A DNA stretch of 63,471 nt, taken from contig NW_021831823.1 of NCBI RefSeq assembly GCF_006345805.1, positions 1-63,471 of the forward strand. Direction: 5' to 3'. Source of the stretch: Octopus sinensis (lineage: Eukaryota). Of the stretch, positions 39,700 to 52,516 are shown one piece after another. The notes beneath the pieces are model-generated. The model was not told the DNA's origin. It was given only the letters and a program-made list of their open reading frames with translations, and ran no database searches. Both the position numbers and the translations under genes were made by a program. Each line of letters begins with the position of its first letter. Position 1 is the stretch's first letter.

Positions 39700-40900
39700 T
39701 TCGTTATTATATCGAATTTTGATGCATGACCTAATCAGAATTAAGAAAACAAAGAACTCAAAGAAAGACTTTCAAGACTTTCGTAAAGAGAATGTTTGCT
39801 TCGAACTAAATAGTAAAAGACTTTACAGAAATATTTCAGGGAGCAATAAAATGTCTTCATATGCTTTTTATCATGAGGATTGTATGTTGTTTAGGAAAAA
39901 TTATGCAGCAAAAAACGCGAAATAAATATCTGTGTTGCCGGAAACTGATAAAAAATAATAGCTGACGGTGAAGACATGTTGCCAGATTTCACAAATAGAC
40001 ACATAATGAAGATTATTAAACATCTCCCTGATTGGAAAGCATCTGGATGCGACAGAATATATAATTTCTTCGTTAAAAGATTGGAATCTCTTATGTGTTG
40101 AAATTAACAGAATAATCAATGAAAACTGCATCCTAGAAAGCTCGTTTAACACTGGGATAACATACCTAATTCTTAAAAAAATGATTGTGAGACCCCGAAA
40201 AATTTACGCCCTATAATATGCATTTATAAGTTAGTTACCAAGTGTGTTAGTGGGAGACTGTCTGAGTTCGTGGATGCATTTGGTTTAATTTCCGACAATC
40301 AACTTGGAACGAGGAGACAGTGGAGGGTGTTAAAGAGCAGGCCCTTATTAACCAGTGACTAAATATGAATATGGAAATGGACTATATTCTGAAAGGATTG
40401 ATGTCAAGAAGGATTTAGATTCTGTTGATCATTACTTTTAACTTCATGTGATGGATTGTTCGGGGATACCTGTTTGGATTGTAAAAATGTGAACTCCATA
40501 TTGAGGGAAAAAGAATTGGCTTCGTAAAACTGGGTCAAGGAATTCTACAGGGCGACTATTTTTTAAGGTAATGGACTTTCTGAGCAATGGAAAGGTAATG
40601 GAATCTATATTTTAAAGTCCAAATTAATCAGAACTCAAATATGTTGTCTTATTCTAACAATCATTTGTTTTTCATTGACAATGTTAAAGAACATGTAATA
40701 ATTAAAATGACGAACACTGCTGATAAATTTTTCAAAATTGTTGGTTTAGAGAGATTCCCAACAATAAGGAGTGAAAATCTCAATTAAATATGATTATACA
40801 GGCTGGAATCACGTCACAGAAAGCATTCAAGCAGACGGATATTGGAAAGCTACAAAGTATTCTTTGTTAAGTGAATTGGAATTGTAAACAATGCTCAGGT
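39700..40900 (+). mobile_element. Decayed non-LTR retrotransposon RT (R4/Dong-like)
   Basis: TGITYLI.K...LRPI...YKLVTKC...NQLGTRR...KEQALIN...IDVKK..DSVDH...GILQGD. Confidence 0.75.
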
Positions 40901-40989
40901 AAAAAATTGTCCCATTTGTTGTGTAATGTGATTGCTACAATTATAGGAAATAGAGTTGCATGTATTTATTAGAATATTCAAAATAATGA

Positions 40990-41180
40990 ATAATTCACGA
41001 ATGATGCAGGTTGTGCCCAATAAACTTGCATTCCCTGGTACAAGCCTAATGTTTGCCCAGACATAGAATGCTGTGAGACAAACATTGCACATCACTCTGA
41101 CCTGCCTGGCAGACTCCCCAATAAACTTCAAAGTCAGAACAACACTCCCCAAAAGTTACGTGGAAACCAGGGAATGTAGA
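40990..41180 (-). mobile_element. Degenerate CRE 3' tail
   Basis: LKFIGESARQV...TAFY...GNASLLGT. Confidence 0.4.
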
Positions 41181-41208
41181 CTCGGGCATAAAGAACAGTC
41201 TCCTATTT

Positions 41209-41454
41209 ATGTCGAGCACTGATGAGAAGTGGGACTCGCCTGGTGTGGCCCGTTCGTTAGTGCCCGTCTCCTTCCCGACTGAGGAATTGAGTAGGCAACT
41301 GGATGTGGTGAATTGTCAACTGGAGGCACTGCAGAACAGGCTACTGCGAGTGGGGAATACAGAACAGTCCAAACATGTGGAATATTGGTTATACATAATA
41401 GTGACTGTGTTGTGTTTTTTGTTGGGGTATTATTTGTTTTATTCGTTGTCTTGA
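41209..41454 (+). CDS. Small coiled-coil, tail-anchored membrane protein
   Basis: ATG-initiated 81-aa ORF with a heptad segment LSRQLDVVNCQLEALQNRL and a C-terminal TM helix. Confidence 0.55.
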   Translation: MSSTDEKWDSPGVARSLVPVSFPTEELSRQLDVVNCQLEALQNRLLRVGNTEQSKHVEYWLYIIVTVLCFLLGYYLFYSLS

Positions 41455-41767
41455 GGGAGTCATAGACCAGCACAGTCACCTTCCCAGAACTCACTCTTCA
41501 GTCACCCTACTACTACCCACAATCTATTGGGACGATCTTGTTGTTGTGGGGATACTTATTTTAATAATCGAAAATAGTTTATTTATGATAGTTAGGAATT
41601 TATAATTCTTCTGAAAACATTCAACCCATATCTGCTGACTGTTTAGTCAATATGTTCTAAAATGATAGTTTTTGATCAAATCTTTAATTATTGTTATATT
41701 TAAAAAATTAAAATAGAGAGTAACTTTGATATAAAATTAAATATTTACAGCACGTTTGATTCTAGTG

Positions 41768-42173
41768 ATGGTTGTGTGTTGATTATACTGTGTTAGACTA
41801 CGAAGAGAAGAAACCATGGGAAAGACAGAACTGGGCGAGGTCGTGTGTCCTTTGTCCGGTGCACAAATTGTAGTCGTGCAGTCCCGAAGGACAAGGCAAT
41901 AAAGAAGAATATTGTCAAAAACCTGATCGACGGTGCCAACCTGAAGGATATCCGGGATGCCATGACCTCTCAAGGTATGTGCCTGGAGGAGTGTATTTGC
42001 AGTCCTGCACATTCCGAGGGTGTTCTACCCCGTCCGATATTGTGTGTCCTGTGCCATTCACTCCAAGTACGTGCGAGTACGTTCAAGGACTGAGCGTAGG
42101 AACAGAAACCCCGTCGTCCGAGGACTGGTTGTCTCATTTTTGTTATTTGCAGAGGACTACTCCCAACTCATAA
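41768..42173 (+). CDS. RPS26: 40S ribosomal protein S26 (eS26)
   Basis: M|TTKRRNHGK..GRGRVSFVRCTNCSRAVPKDKAIKK...YCVSCAIHSKYVRVRS; three introns of 25-28 nt. Confidence 0.96.
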
Positions 42174-43245
42174 TTACTTTTCTCATTTTTTGTGTTTTCC
42201 TAGTAAATTTGGCCAAGTTTTTTATTATTGCTGTATTATTCATTCGTTTTCGTCACAAGTTACTTCTTTGAATCTACTTGATGACTACATTTGTATTTAG
42301 AGGAATATCCTGCTATTTATTGCTCTCCCTGACTTCATCAAACATTCAGACGACTGTTTTCATACAAGTTTAAACAATTTGGAAGGTTCAATATTAGTTT
42401 GTTCGGAAACAAATTCACTCAATTTAATTTGTTTTTGAAGCATTTTGATTCTTCTGTTAACATTCTTGAGGACAGTGCTTCTGGACAATACAACGAATAA
42501 CTATTGGCTTGTTACAAACTTTTACAACATGATAAGGACTAAATATTTGAAATACCTTCCATTCTGTCATTTGAAAACGTACGGAAAACAAAGTCAGTGC
42601 TTGACATGTATTTTTAAAAGATCACGTATGAATCTTTGATTGTGACTACTCCGTGTAACAATTGGCACTAATTAAAGATATAGAGTGGGATTAGTAAAAT
42701 GAATTCGAATATAACACGCATTCCTTCCTATTGTTTGATACTGAACACTGACAGAGATTGCAGTCTATTATAAGTAAATTAACTCACTATATGCTTCCTC
42801 GTTTCCTCGTGCTTTCGGAGTATTTAAATATGGGAGTATTTCAACATACTCATTGGGGTAGGGTAAGACTGATTGGGAGTGACTGAAAGGGACATTTGGT
42901 GGCATTGTACTGTAAGGTTAAAATAATATTTTTACAGAGATTCTAAACTGAATAGATCTCTAAATGCGTTAATCGTCACTAAACTCACGTTCCCACAGTA
43001 AAGCAAAGTATTAATGTTTATTACAATTCTATCAATTCGGCTAAATTCCAGAATACCGCTCCATTCGGAAACTAGACGATTAATTTTAGATCTACATTAT
43101 CACCTCTCAATTTATTCACTCAAATTGCTAATTTAACACAAGCAATTCTTAAAAAAACTTTTTTGAGACACGAGGATGCAAAAAGTAGAGAACGCGGATG
43201 AATTACAATTAAACGTCATATTTTACTGACAGTCGCTAAAAATGT

Positions 43246-44005
43246 TTGACCACTTTGGAGTGTTTTTGTGCATCTAGGCAATCAAAAATATTATGTAAAA
43301 CAATCCATGATTTGTTTACTGCTGAGTCAGATAGACCACAAATGAACCTACAATTTCAAATATGGCGTTATTAAACAGTATATAAACAAATATTCCGGCG
43401 ATGCTAATCCTCTTTAGTGGTTGTTAGTGTAACCACTAACTTGTATAGAATACACTACTACTCACTTTACTTTCATTCACTCTGGAATCATACAAGACAA
43501 TACATGGGGAGATTCCTGTAGGCACTGTCCTATACAACTTCTGCCAAGACACTGGTGTGCAATGCTTACATTATTTGGTCGATCTTTATTTTTTATTTAA
43601 TTGGTTCAGAAGGAATATTTCGCGATGTTGTTTCTTTTAATATTTAAATTATCTGAAATTCCATCATTTTGTAATATTTTAGAGTTTATTCCTTCAATCT
43701 GTTTATTCGACTTTATTGATATTCTAAAACTATTATTTTCTCTTTCATATCGTTTCCATTATTGTCTATTGAAAAAGTATCGGATAATTCTGACATCAAT
43801 TTGTTATCAAATTTGTCAACTGAGTCATTCCATGCCTAGTATGAAATAAGTCCTTTATTTCAAAACATATGAAGACTGTAAATATATACTTTAAAAAAGT
43901 CAGTTCTTGACAACTAAAAGCTCCAATAACTAAAATAGTAATTTAATATTTTTATGTTCACAAAAATTCACTATTCTTTAATAGTGAATATTTTTATAAG
44001 TGGTA
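43246..44005. repeat. Dispersed repeat, copy B (longer)
   Basis: Matches 33161-33770 and 19985-20130. Confidence 0.9.
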
Positions 44006-44029
44006 TTGAACAATACTCTCTATTGTACT

Positions 44030-44826
44030 TATTCTATGTCAATATATAAAGTAAGAGTGCCACCCTCAAACCCCCGACAAGTGAGCGACCCGTGATTCCA
44101 ACTGTGCACACCGTCCGACCAAGTAATGAATCAGGTCGTGTTGTTCTCTCACCAAATGGGTGACCAAAGGACTATGGACTGACTCCCACTCCACCAACCG
44201 ATCATACTTGTCGTCCCCCGACCTCCCATACTGATACTTGTACACATCGGGAGGGTGACTGCCCCAATTGAATCGAAGAATATGATCTATCAGGGTGACC
44301 TACTCAACCAACACAACTCGACGGCCAGAATGACACAATTCACTCCCACACCCACCATAATTAGAATTGTCATGACAGACTGTCCATCCGACTTGTACAA
44401 ATAAGACAGGACGAGGAGAACACACGTGACTGCAATGTTACAACCAACACGACTGATATTCCGACTGTGGTGTCTTGCGGCACTGAGTTTGCTGATTTGA
44501 TGTGCGAAGGTGGCATAGCCTTCTGATTTGAGCACATTCAGAACACATTTGTCAATCATTCGGGTGAGAAGGGCAGCAATCCCGGACTAATCATTATTCA
44601 TATATTCGCACTATTCCTTGGATTAGTTGCAGTAAATGTGCCTTCTCCGTCCTTATTGAAGCATAGGCAATCAAATTATTGAGAGATAGGACGGTGGCCA
44701 GGATGGCAGCCTTGGGTGAGTACACAAATGGGAGACCTCAATTACATAGTTCAGTAGTGGGGTGGCATATGGATGGGCTACCTTCTTTCGTTCTTTGATG
44801 ATGAGAGAACTAGTCTCGCTCGACAT
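44030..44826 (-). CDS. Uncharacterised multi-pass membrane protein, multi-exon
   Basis: GC-rich island, ATG at 44826, micro-intron-like GT-AG segments, several hydrophobic helices (ORF 44290-44559). Confidence 0.5.
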
Positions 44827-45124
44827 GTCCACAACAGGCTCACTAATTAATGACTGTCAATTGATAATATAACCAAAAGGGAGTTATATATATTTAATAG
44901 TTCATTTATGTTGCTTATAAGACAACTAGTTGGGAAACCTCAATCCACGGATTCCCGCAGAGGATTGCACTCAAAGAGGACGTGGATACCCCATTAGGCT
45001 TGTTGTTGGCTGCCATCGCTATGACTGGTGGGAATATATGCCACCAATCTCTCCTTTCATTAGCAAAGTGACACTGGTAATTATTGGGGATTGCAGTTAG
45101 GCATGAAGACTCATGAGTCATGAG

Positions 45125-46898
45125 TAGGGCAACCAGAAATATGACCTTAAAAAAGTTAAATATGACCGTAAAAAATATGACTTTATGACTTTAAAATTCT
45201 AAAATATAACTTAAAAATATTAAAATATGACCTAAAAATCAAAATATGACCTATCGAATTTTGATTTTTAGATATTCTGAATTTGAAAATATGAAAAAAT
45301 TAAACATTTCAATCAATGAATTTATTATAATATTGCATTCAGCATAGAAAAGCTTCTTTCTGCAGATATTGATGTTGAAGGACATTTCCATAAGTAAATA
45401 AATGTTTCTGGAGAAATACTAGAAATTCTAGCATTTTTAATATTCGTTCATGGTAACATACTTATCCGCTTTAAAAAATACTTGTTGATGTCACAATTAT
45501 CCTCACCAAAATTAACGGAATCAATGAATTCAATTGCATCTTTAATTGTATAAAATTTTTCTTGGCATTTTCTGATTTCATCAATAATAGGGTTGTATGA
45601 TACCGATAACTCTGCCAGATTTTTCTCCAAATTTTCAGACCTAACAGCATTTTTCGCATTCATCACAATCTTTCCACAATTTGGATAGGATAAGACAATT
45701 TCGCGAACTTTTGAAAGATGTCGACTATAATATTTTTCTGCGCCCAACCAGCTGCCCCATCTTGTTTGAACAACATCAGGTGGAAGTCCAATAACTATAA
45801 AAAGACTCCTCCGGGAGGAATTTTTTACAATCGACATTTTGATAGACGAGATTAAGTCGTCAATATATTTATAATGTGCTCTAATCTTTAATGCACAATT
45901 GTGCAGAAGATGAGCAAAACAAGTTATATGAATCATTTTAATATACATAGCCTTCAATGTACTCGCTGCTAAAGTCATATAACGAGCAGCATCAGAAATA
46001 GATAATAAAAAATTTTCCCTTTTTATATCATAAATTTGAATTGTGTCATCACAATTCTACAAATTGCAGATGCATCACAATTTCAATTTCCAAACAATTT
46101 AATAAATAAATTTTTCAGCACTTTCAATAGTCCCACAAAGAACGTTAACAAATTTCTGTTTATGATTTTCGTTTCATCAACAAGTATAAATATATCTTTT
46201 CCAGAAATAATTGTTTAAGCATTTCAATCAATTGATATTGCAAATCTGGAACTATATTTCTGCACCAACTTCGCTGGGAACAGTAAATCCGAGATTATTA
46301 AAAAAAATAAAGTGTTAATTTCTTATTTTGTAAATTCGCCTTCGTCATCATTTCGACTAAGCAAATTCCGAAATTTTTCTTTGCTTCAAGTTTCGGAAGA
46401 GTGTTGAGTTGCGTTTGAAATTTTGTCTGTTCCTTTTTATGCGGGTAGTTTCCCTGTGCTGCACACATTAAACGTTTTCGTAAAATTAACAAAAACTGAG
46501 CATTTCAAACAAAATAAACGTCCAGCTGAATCATTCTAAAATTCAGACGGGTATCGTTTAATTATTTTATTTAACTTTTGATTGTTAGATTGCTTTTGTT
46601 TCGGCATGTAAAAATCTATAAATTTAAGCGGCCAACTACCAAAACGTGTGAAAACGTGTTATTGTCAAAATTTAAACAAAGATTAATAAAAATATGTGAT
46701 TTAATAAATATAAATATGACCTAACAAAAAAAATATGACTTAAAAAAATAATATGACCTAACGGCATAAAATATGACCTATAAGACCTAAAAAATTAATA
46801 AAACTATTAAAAATATAATAATAGTTTATTAATTATAGAAATAACATCAATATGACCAATAAGAAATAATATGACTTATATGACTTTTGGTTGCCCTA
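45125..46898 (-). mobile_element. CGGBP1-like hAT transposon, copy 2
   Basis: TIR TAGGGCAACCA, 8-bp TSD GTCATGAG; near-identical to 27249-29080; SDAARYM, HITCFAHLLHN, TRWGSWL. Confidence 0.9.
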
Positions 46899-46999
46899 GT
46901 CATGAGTCATAACAATCCTCGATCACACTAAGAATACACACTTTTGTGAATAAATAAGACACTGCTCGTACTACTGAACGTCACGATTATTATTAAGAG

Positions 47000-47400
47000 C
47001 ACTTCCGAGAAACATAAAGTTATTTAAGTCTTCTGGTTCCGTAAAATTCTCTCCATTAGTCTCACCAGGATTTTCTGTTGCATGCAATATCTTTGAGGTT
47101 GTGCAGATCGTTCGCCGGACTTCAAAGGCCATTTGATTAACGATTTTAGCTGTGTTCTGTGAAAAGAATCAAGACGATCCATTTCTTGTTTAGAGATTCC
47201 CCACGGATTATAAGTAAGAACCGGGATGACAAAAGCCTTATATATCCTGAGTCTGGTGTTTAATACTATTTTTTATGATTCCATATAGCCGATATTTTTT
47301 AAATGTACGCATAGCAAGAATCTTCCTGTGAGTAACATCTTTGGAGTCTCCTAGATGCAAGCCCAGCTTCTTTTTCCAGATTGTCTGCATAAATCATCTC
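47000..47400 (-). mobile_element. RTE-like LINE RT C-terminal fragment
   Basis: KKLGLHLG...TRLRIYKAFVIPVLTYN...RLDSFHR. Confidence 0.65.
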
Positions 47401-47566
47401 CTCATAATTGTGGCCAACGAGAGCTCTGAACTCTCACAATTCAGTGATAAGAAACGTGCCTTCCACATAATATTTTCATATATTTAATTTATAACAAATT
47501 TTCATAAAATATATAATTTGGTCGACTTGATAAATAAACAGTAAAAACGTGCGTGTGTTAGTGCAC

Positions 47567-49210
47567 ATGGAAATAAACAAGTCGATAAATGACTATTTAA
47601 CATCCCAACTGAAGACAGGCAGAATAAGCAAGCAAACGTGGCTGGGCAGTCCTTGTCGTCCCTCTACCTCAACACCCGACTGGAGTTCAAAGAGTGCCCT
47701 CTGGACGCAGACTTCAAAGCCTCAGCACTGGTGGAGACATACCCCCGAATAGTACAGCTGGGGTTGGGAAGTGTGGGAGGTGGGGACAATTCAGTGAAGG
47801 AGGAAGTAAAGTTGAGTCACGTGGTGTCATCGAGTGTGATATGTGGACTGGGGAACTTCCGGTTCTCGTGCTATATAAACAGTGTGTTGCAATGCCTGCA
47901 GTCGACAGCCCCCCTGGTGAACCACCTGTTGGGGGGAGGACATGACAAATGTGGGGTGGCAGGCAGGGACTTTTGCATGTTGTGTGCAATGAGGGAGCAC
48001 TCGTCCACGTGCATAGGGAAGGGACTGAGGGGGTCCTTCTACCCCCACAAAATAGTCAACAACCTCAAAAGTTGTGGGTGTGTGTCACCTAGACATATGT
48101 CCCAACCTACGCCCCTCCAGACAGGAGGACGCCCACGAGTTCCTCCTTGCCGTGGTCGAGGCAATGCACAGGGCGTCCGGCAGTCAGTCCATTATTCATC
48201 GCATTTTCGGGGGGTACCTCCAGAGTTGTGGTATCCTCCCCACTCATCCCAGTACAGTGCTCTCACTGTGCCTTCCGCTCTCACACTCAAGACTTTTTCC
48301 TTGATTTGGCACTCCAGGTTGATTCACAGGCCGACTCCACTCTCCGTGGGGCACTCACCAGATTCACTGCCCCCGAACTGCTCGACTCACACAATTCTTA
48401 TTTGTGTTCAAAGTAGTGTCCTCCCCTCATTCTCCCAGATGTGGACGGACTGGCCGTGCCACCAAGCAAATGAGTATCCACCAGTCCCCCAACGTCCTCA
48501 TTCTTCAACTAAAGAGGTCCCCCTTCCTTAGGATTCACAGATTCAAGGCTGATTGTGGAGAGTCATTTGGGAAGATCAGTAAACATGTCCGATTTGAGAG
48601 TGTGCTGGATATTGGGGAGTACTTGACCCAGTCGGGGAGTCCCTCCTGCTATGAATTGTATGCTGTGATTGTCCATCATGGCTCATCCCTCCGTTCTGGC
48701 CATTACACTGCATTCCTCAAGTCACCAATGGGAGTGTGGCACAGAGCTGACGACGAACAGGTCCTCACCAATCAGCCACGATAGATCTCACTCGTCAGTC
48801 TCGACGTCGTCCTCCAATCACAAGCATATATCCTATTCTATGTCCGCACTGGCTCCCCCAACCAGTTCACTCATATTCCCAAGGATGGTGTGTCTCCTGC
48901 CCCTCCCAAGTTTGGTTTCAATGCCAAGAAAAACAAGAGGGAGAGTGAAATGAAGGTGGATGTGTTGTCCCGATTGAGGGAGAGTGAGGGTGTGTTTTGT
49001 GGGTTAGTCGAGTAGTGCAAACGTGGACTGCTCAGAAAGGGGGGAATTGTCACTCTTTTGATGAATATGATCAAGGCAGGGTTAACGTGTTTTGTAATGT
49101 TGTAGAAAAGGAAATATAAGAAGAGAAAGCACGGGGTTCCTTCCACTAATTTGTTTATGAAATATTCTTGTAAGGTTGGACGTGTTTGGTCATTTCAGTT
49201 CAAGAAGTGA
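47567..49210 (+). CDS. USP36: Ubiquitin-specific protease 36/42-like, multi-exon
   Basis: Cys box GLGN...CYINSVLQCL, FCMLC, RQEDAHEFL, IHRIFGG, LQLKR|F, His box YAVIVHHGSS..SGHY, QAYILFY, C-terminal DEYDQGRKRK. Confidence 0.9.
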
Positions 49211-49357
49211 TTGTCTGCTCATTTTATATATTTGTCTTTTAATAACAATTCAATTGTGTTGTGTGTGTCCGATTATTCACGCTTTCTACATTCATAGGTC
49301 CATTACTATAGCTGATTAACTATATGTTGTTAGGAGCTTTAGTATGACTATATATTA

Positions 49358-49673
49358 TGTCGCGCCCCACGCTGGCGACCAAGGTGACCTACATAGTTGA
49401 CAGCGTGACCTACATTATTATTATTTAACCCCGGGAACAAAGGAATAGTAATCGTCTAATTAAGTGATCCCGGTGTCAGTGCGTCTCCTTTTATTTCTTC
49501 CTTGTCTCGAATTCTTAATCAACGTCCAAAAGGGGGATGGTATTTCCAAATTTCCTAACACACTTTTCATAGGCAAGATACTCCTCTTCAAGGAGATCTT
49601 CGGCGTGACCTACATGGTTTGACATTTAATTAAAAACGAAAATAATTTATGATTGGCATCGTAGTTCGCGACA
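49358..49673. mobile_element. Non-autonomous derivative of Ginger-like element 3
   Basis: Starts TGTCGCGCCCCACGCTGGCGACC, ends CGCGACA, TSD TATTA, shared GACCTACATAGTT motif. Confidence 0.75.
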
Positions 49674-50714
49674 TATTATAATAAATATAACATCGTAGTC
49701 TTTTTATTTTTCTTTTTTCTAGCGGTTGAAGAGTTGGTGTTGTATTTTTAGTACAAAAGTAATTTGATATTTGAGTAGCATTTATTTTCATGGAAGACAT
49801 CCTCTGAATTAAAATTTCTGTAACATAAAGATTTTTTAAAACTTCCCTATTAATAAAGAATCAACTTTTTTAGAAGAATTACTACAAAAAAAGAGTTTCC
49901 CATATTCATCATTTTTTCAAAAAAACTTTTAAAAAGAATTGCATTCCATTCCGAGTGAATTAATTTTTTTCGCATGTAAGGATTTCTAATTTGAGTTCTT
50001 GTTTTGTTCTACATTCTTTAATTATCCATAATGGTTCAAGATTTGTACAGTTCAAATTAGTTGCAATTTTTTTACTTTCAAACAATTTACAAAAAATAAG
50101 ATTATTTACAGCTGTAATTGTCAAAAATCTTGAGAGGTTTACTATCAAACGTTTTATCCAGCCTCGAAGTCTGTTTCAAATGAGGTTCTTTATATTTATT
50201 ATTTCTTTTTCTCTTAGTTTTATTTGTATGCACAGTCTTTTTTGAACAGTGCATTTAATGACAATTGTTTTCTAACGGTGTACGATGTTTGAACAATAAA
50301 CCAAATCATGAAAATAGACAGTATAGAATTGGCCATATTTAGAAATATTGACGTATTTTGAGAAAATGATGATCTACAATTACCTCAGGAATCGAAAATA
50401 AAACCTATAGAACAACCATTTGTTTTCTTAAAGATCTGTGCTCTTGCAAACTACTGACAAAGCACCGGTCTCAATGTTGATTGGAACACAAATAAAAAAA
50501 TTAGGAAATTTTAGAAAATAATCCACAAACGTGTTGTCATATTGCGCACCTCAAACAAACGACTTTGCACCTTTAAAGGAAAAGATTGTTTTTTCCCGAC
50601 CAAAGATCGAGCCAACAAATTAAACCAATTGCCACGAAGAATTATACTTGTTTGATCGATATTCCAACACTTTAGTCACTACTGTCACGCTCATGTTATA
50701 ATGATTTGCATGTA

Positions 50715-52174
50715 CAGTGGGCGCACAAAAAAATCCGGTTTTCTTATTTTTCGAATTTTTCAATATAAATTTTATATTATTTTTTTTTAATTTAGTATCA
50801 TTTTGAAATGTAAATCGAGTAGTTTTTAATTTTAAGTATTTTTTTATTTTCATAGAGATATCTTGAATTTAATTTTAAAATGCGAAAAAAAAACTCGGTT
50901 TTTTTAATTATTGAGTCTTTATTCTCAAAATTTGAAATTGTTGTCATTTTTGTTGTTGTTGGATGTCGTGTATTTCAGAAATTGTGAAAGGACAAATATT
51001 CAACTTTATTTCCTTAATTGGACATATAAACAAATTTCAGAAGAAGTAGAAATTCCCAGATCAACAGTGGGAGATTACATACGTAAATACAAAAAATATG
51101 GAACAACACAGAGACTGTCCGGTTCTGGAAGACCTAGGACATTAAATAATGATGATATAAATACTTTATTGACGCTTGTTTCTGACAATCCGAAAAAATC
51201 TTCCCGTTGCCTGTCAAAGGATCTTCATTCTTTGACAGGAAAAATCGTCTCAAAACGAACAATTGGGAATTATCTGAAACAAAAGGAAATATATTCACGT
51301 GTGTGTCAAAAAAAACCGTATCTGTCTAAAATTAATATCGAAAACGATATTCCTTGTCAAAAAAATTTATCGCACTGAATATGACGTCATGGAAATCAAC
51401 TATTTTTAGTGATGAATGCTGTTTCGAAATTTTTAATCACAAAAAAAAGGAATTTTGTTATAGGAAAAACAACACGTCTAGAAAAATCGCACTTATCTCC
51501 AACTGTTAAATTTGGAGGGGGAAAAATAATGGTGTGGGGATGTTTCGGGTATTATGGAGTAGGCAATCTAGTATTTATAAATGGAACTATGAACTCAGCA
51601 ACTTATGTGAACATATTATCAAATAATCTGTGGGAGTCCGCTGCGAAATGTGCTTGAATGAATTCATATTCCAACAAGACATGGCTACTCCACACACATC
51701 AAAGATCACGAAAGATTTCTTTGCCGAAAGAAGCGTCAAACTATTGGATTGGGCACCGCAATCGCCAGATTTAAATCCATAGAACATCTTTGGGCATATA
51801 TTAAAAGTAAATTGTACGAAAATCCTCCAAAAAATATGCATGAGCTGAAAGATAAAATTATCGAAATTTGGGAAAATATGCCGAAAGATCTAATACAGAA
51901 ACTCATAAACAGCATGCCGAGAAGGGTGTACGATGTTTTTATGGCTAAAGGACGGCATATTAAATATTAATTTGACATTTTTTTAAAAAACCGGGTTTTT
52001 TTTGCGCATTGTAAATTTAAATTGGAAATATCTCTTGAAAAAAATAATGAAAATAATCAAAATAAAAAAATAAGAGTTACTTTTCACTAAAATTTAAGAT
52101 TAAAAAAAAATATTATATCGTACAATATAAAAAAATAGAGAAATTAGAAAACCGGATTTTTTTTGCGCCCACTG
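50715..52174 (+). mobile_element. Tc1-family transposon with long IR/DR-type ends, frameshifted
   Basis: TIR CAGTGGGCGCA.AAAAAAATCCGGTTTTC with TA flanks; inner repeats near 50880 and 51990; SGRPR, IFSDE, KFGGGKIMVWGC, FQQD, SPDLN.IEHLW. Confidence 0.93.
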
Positions 52175-52516
52175 TATAGACTACAACAGAGTGTGATGGA
52201 TAAACACTATTTTGCAGTCATGATAATCGCACATTTCAGTAAACCGCAAAGCTTAATATCGGAAGGAAAATTGGCGAAATGCTTCCATGAAAATTGTGAA
52301 TAAAAATGACATAATTTCTCAAGTTATGACATATGCAATGCAATCACACTCGAGGCAGCCCAAGTCCATAATTGTATTATATAGGCCAGCCTAGTGACTT
52401 TCCTAGCCAGTGTTTTTTGTACAATATTAATTATAGTGGATGAAAGAGGGAACAGTAATAAATAAATGGAATATAATTATGCAATAATTTAAAAAAATAG
52501 AATAGGCGTGTGTAGC

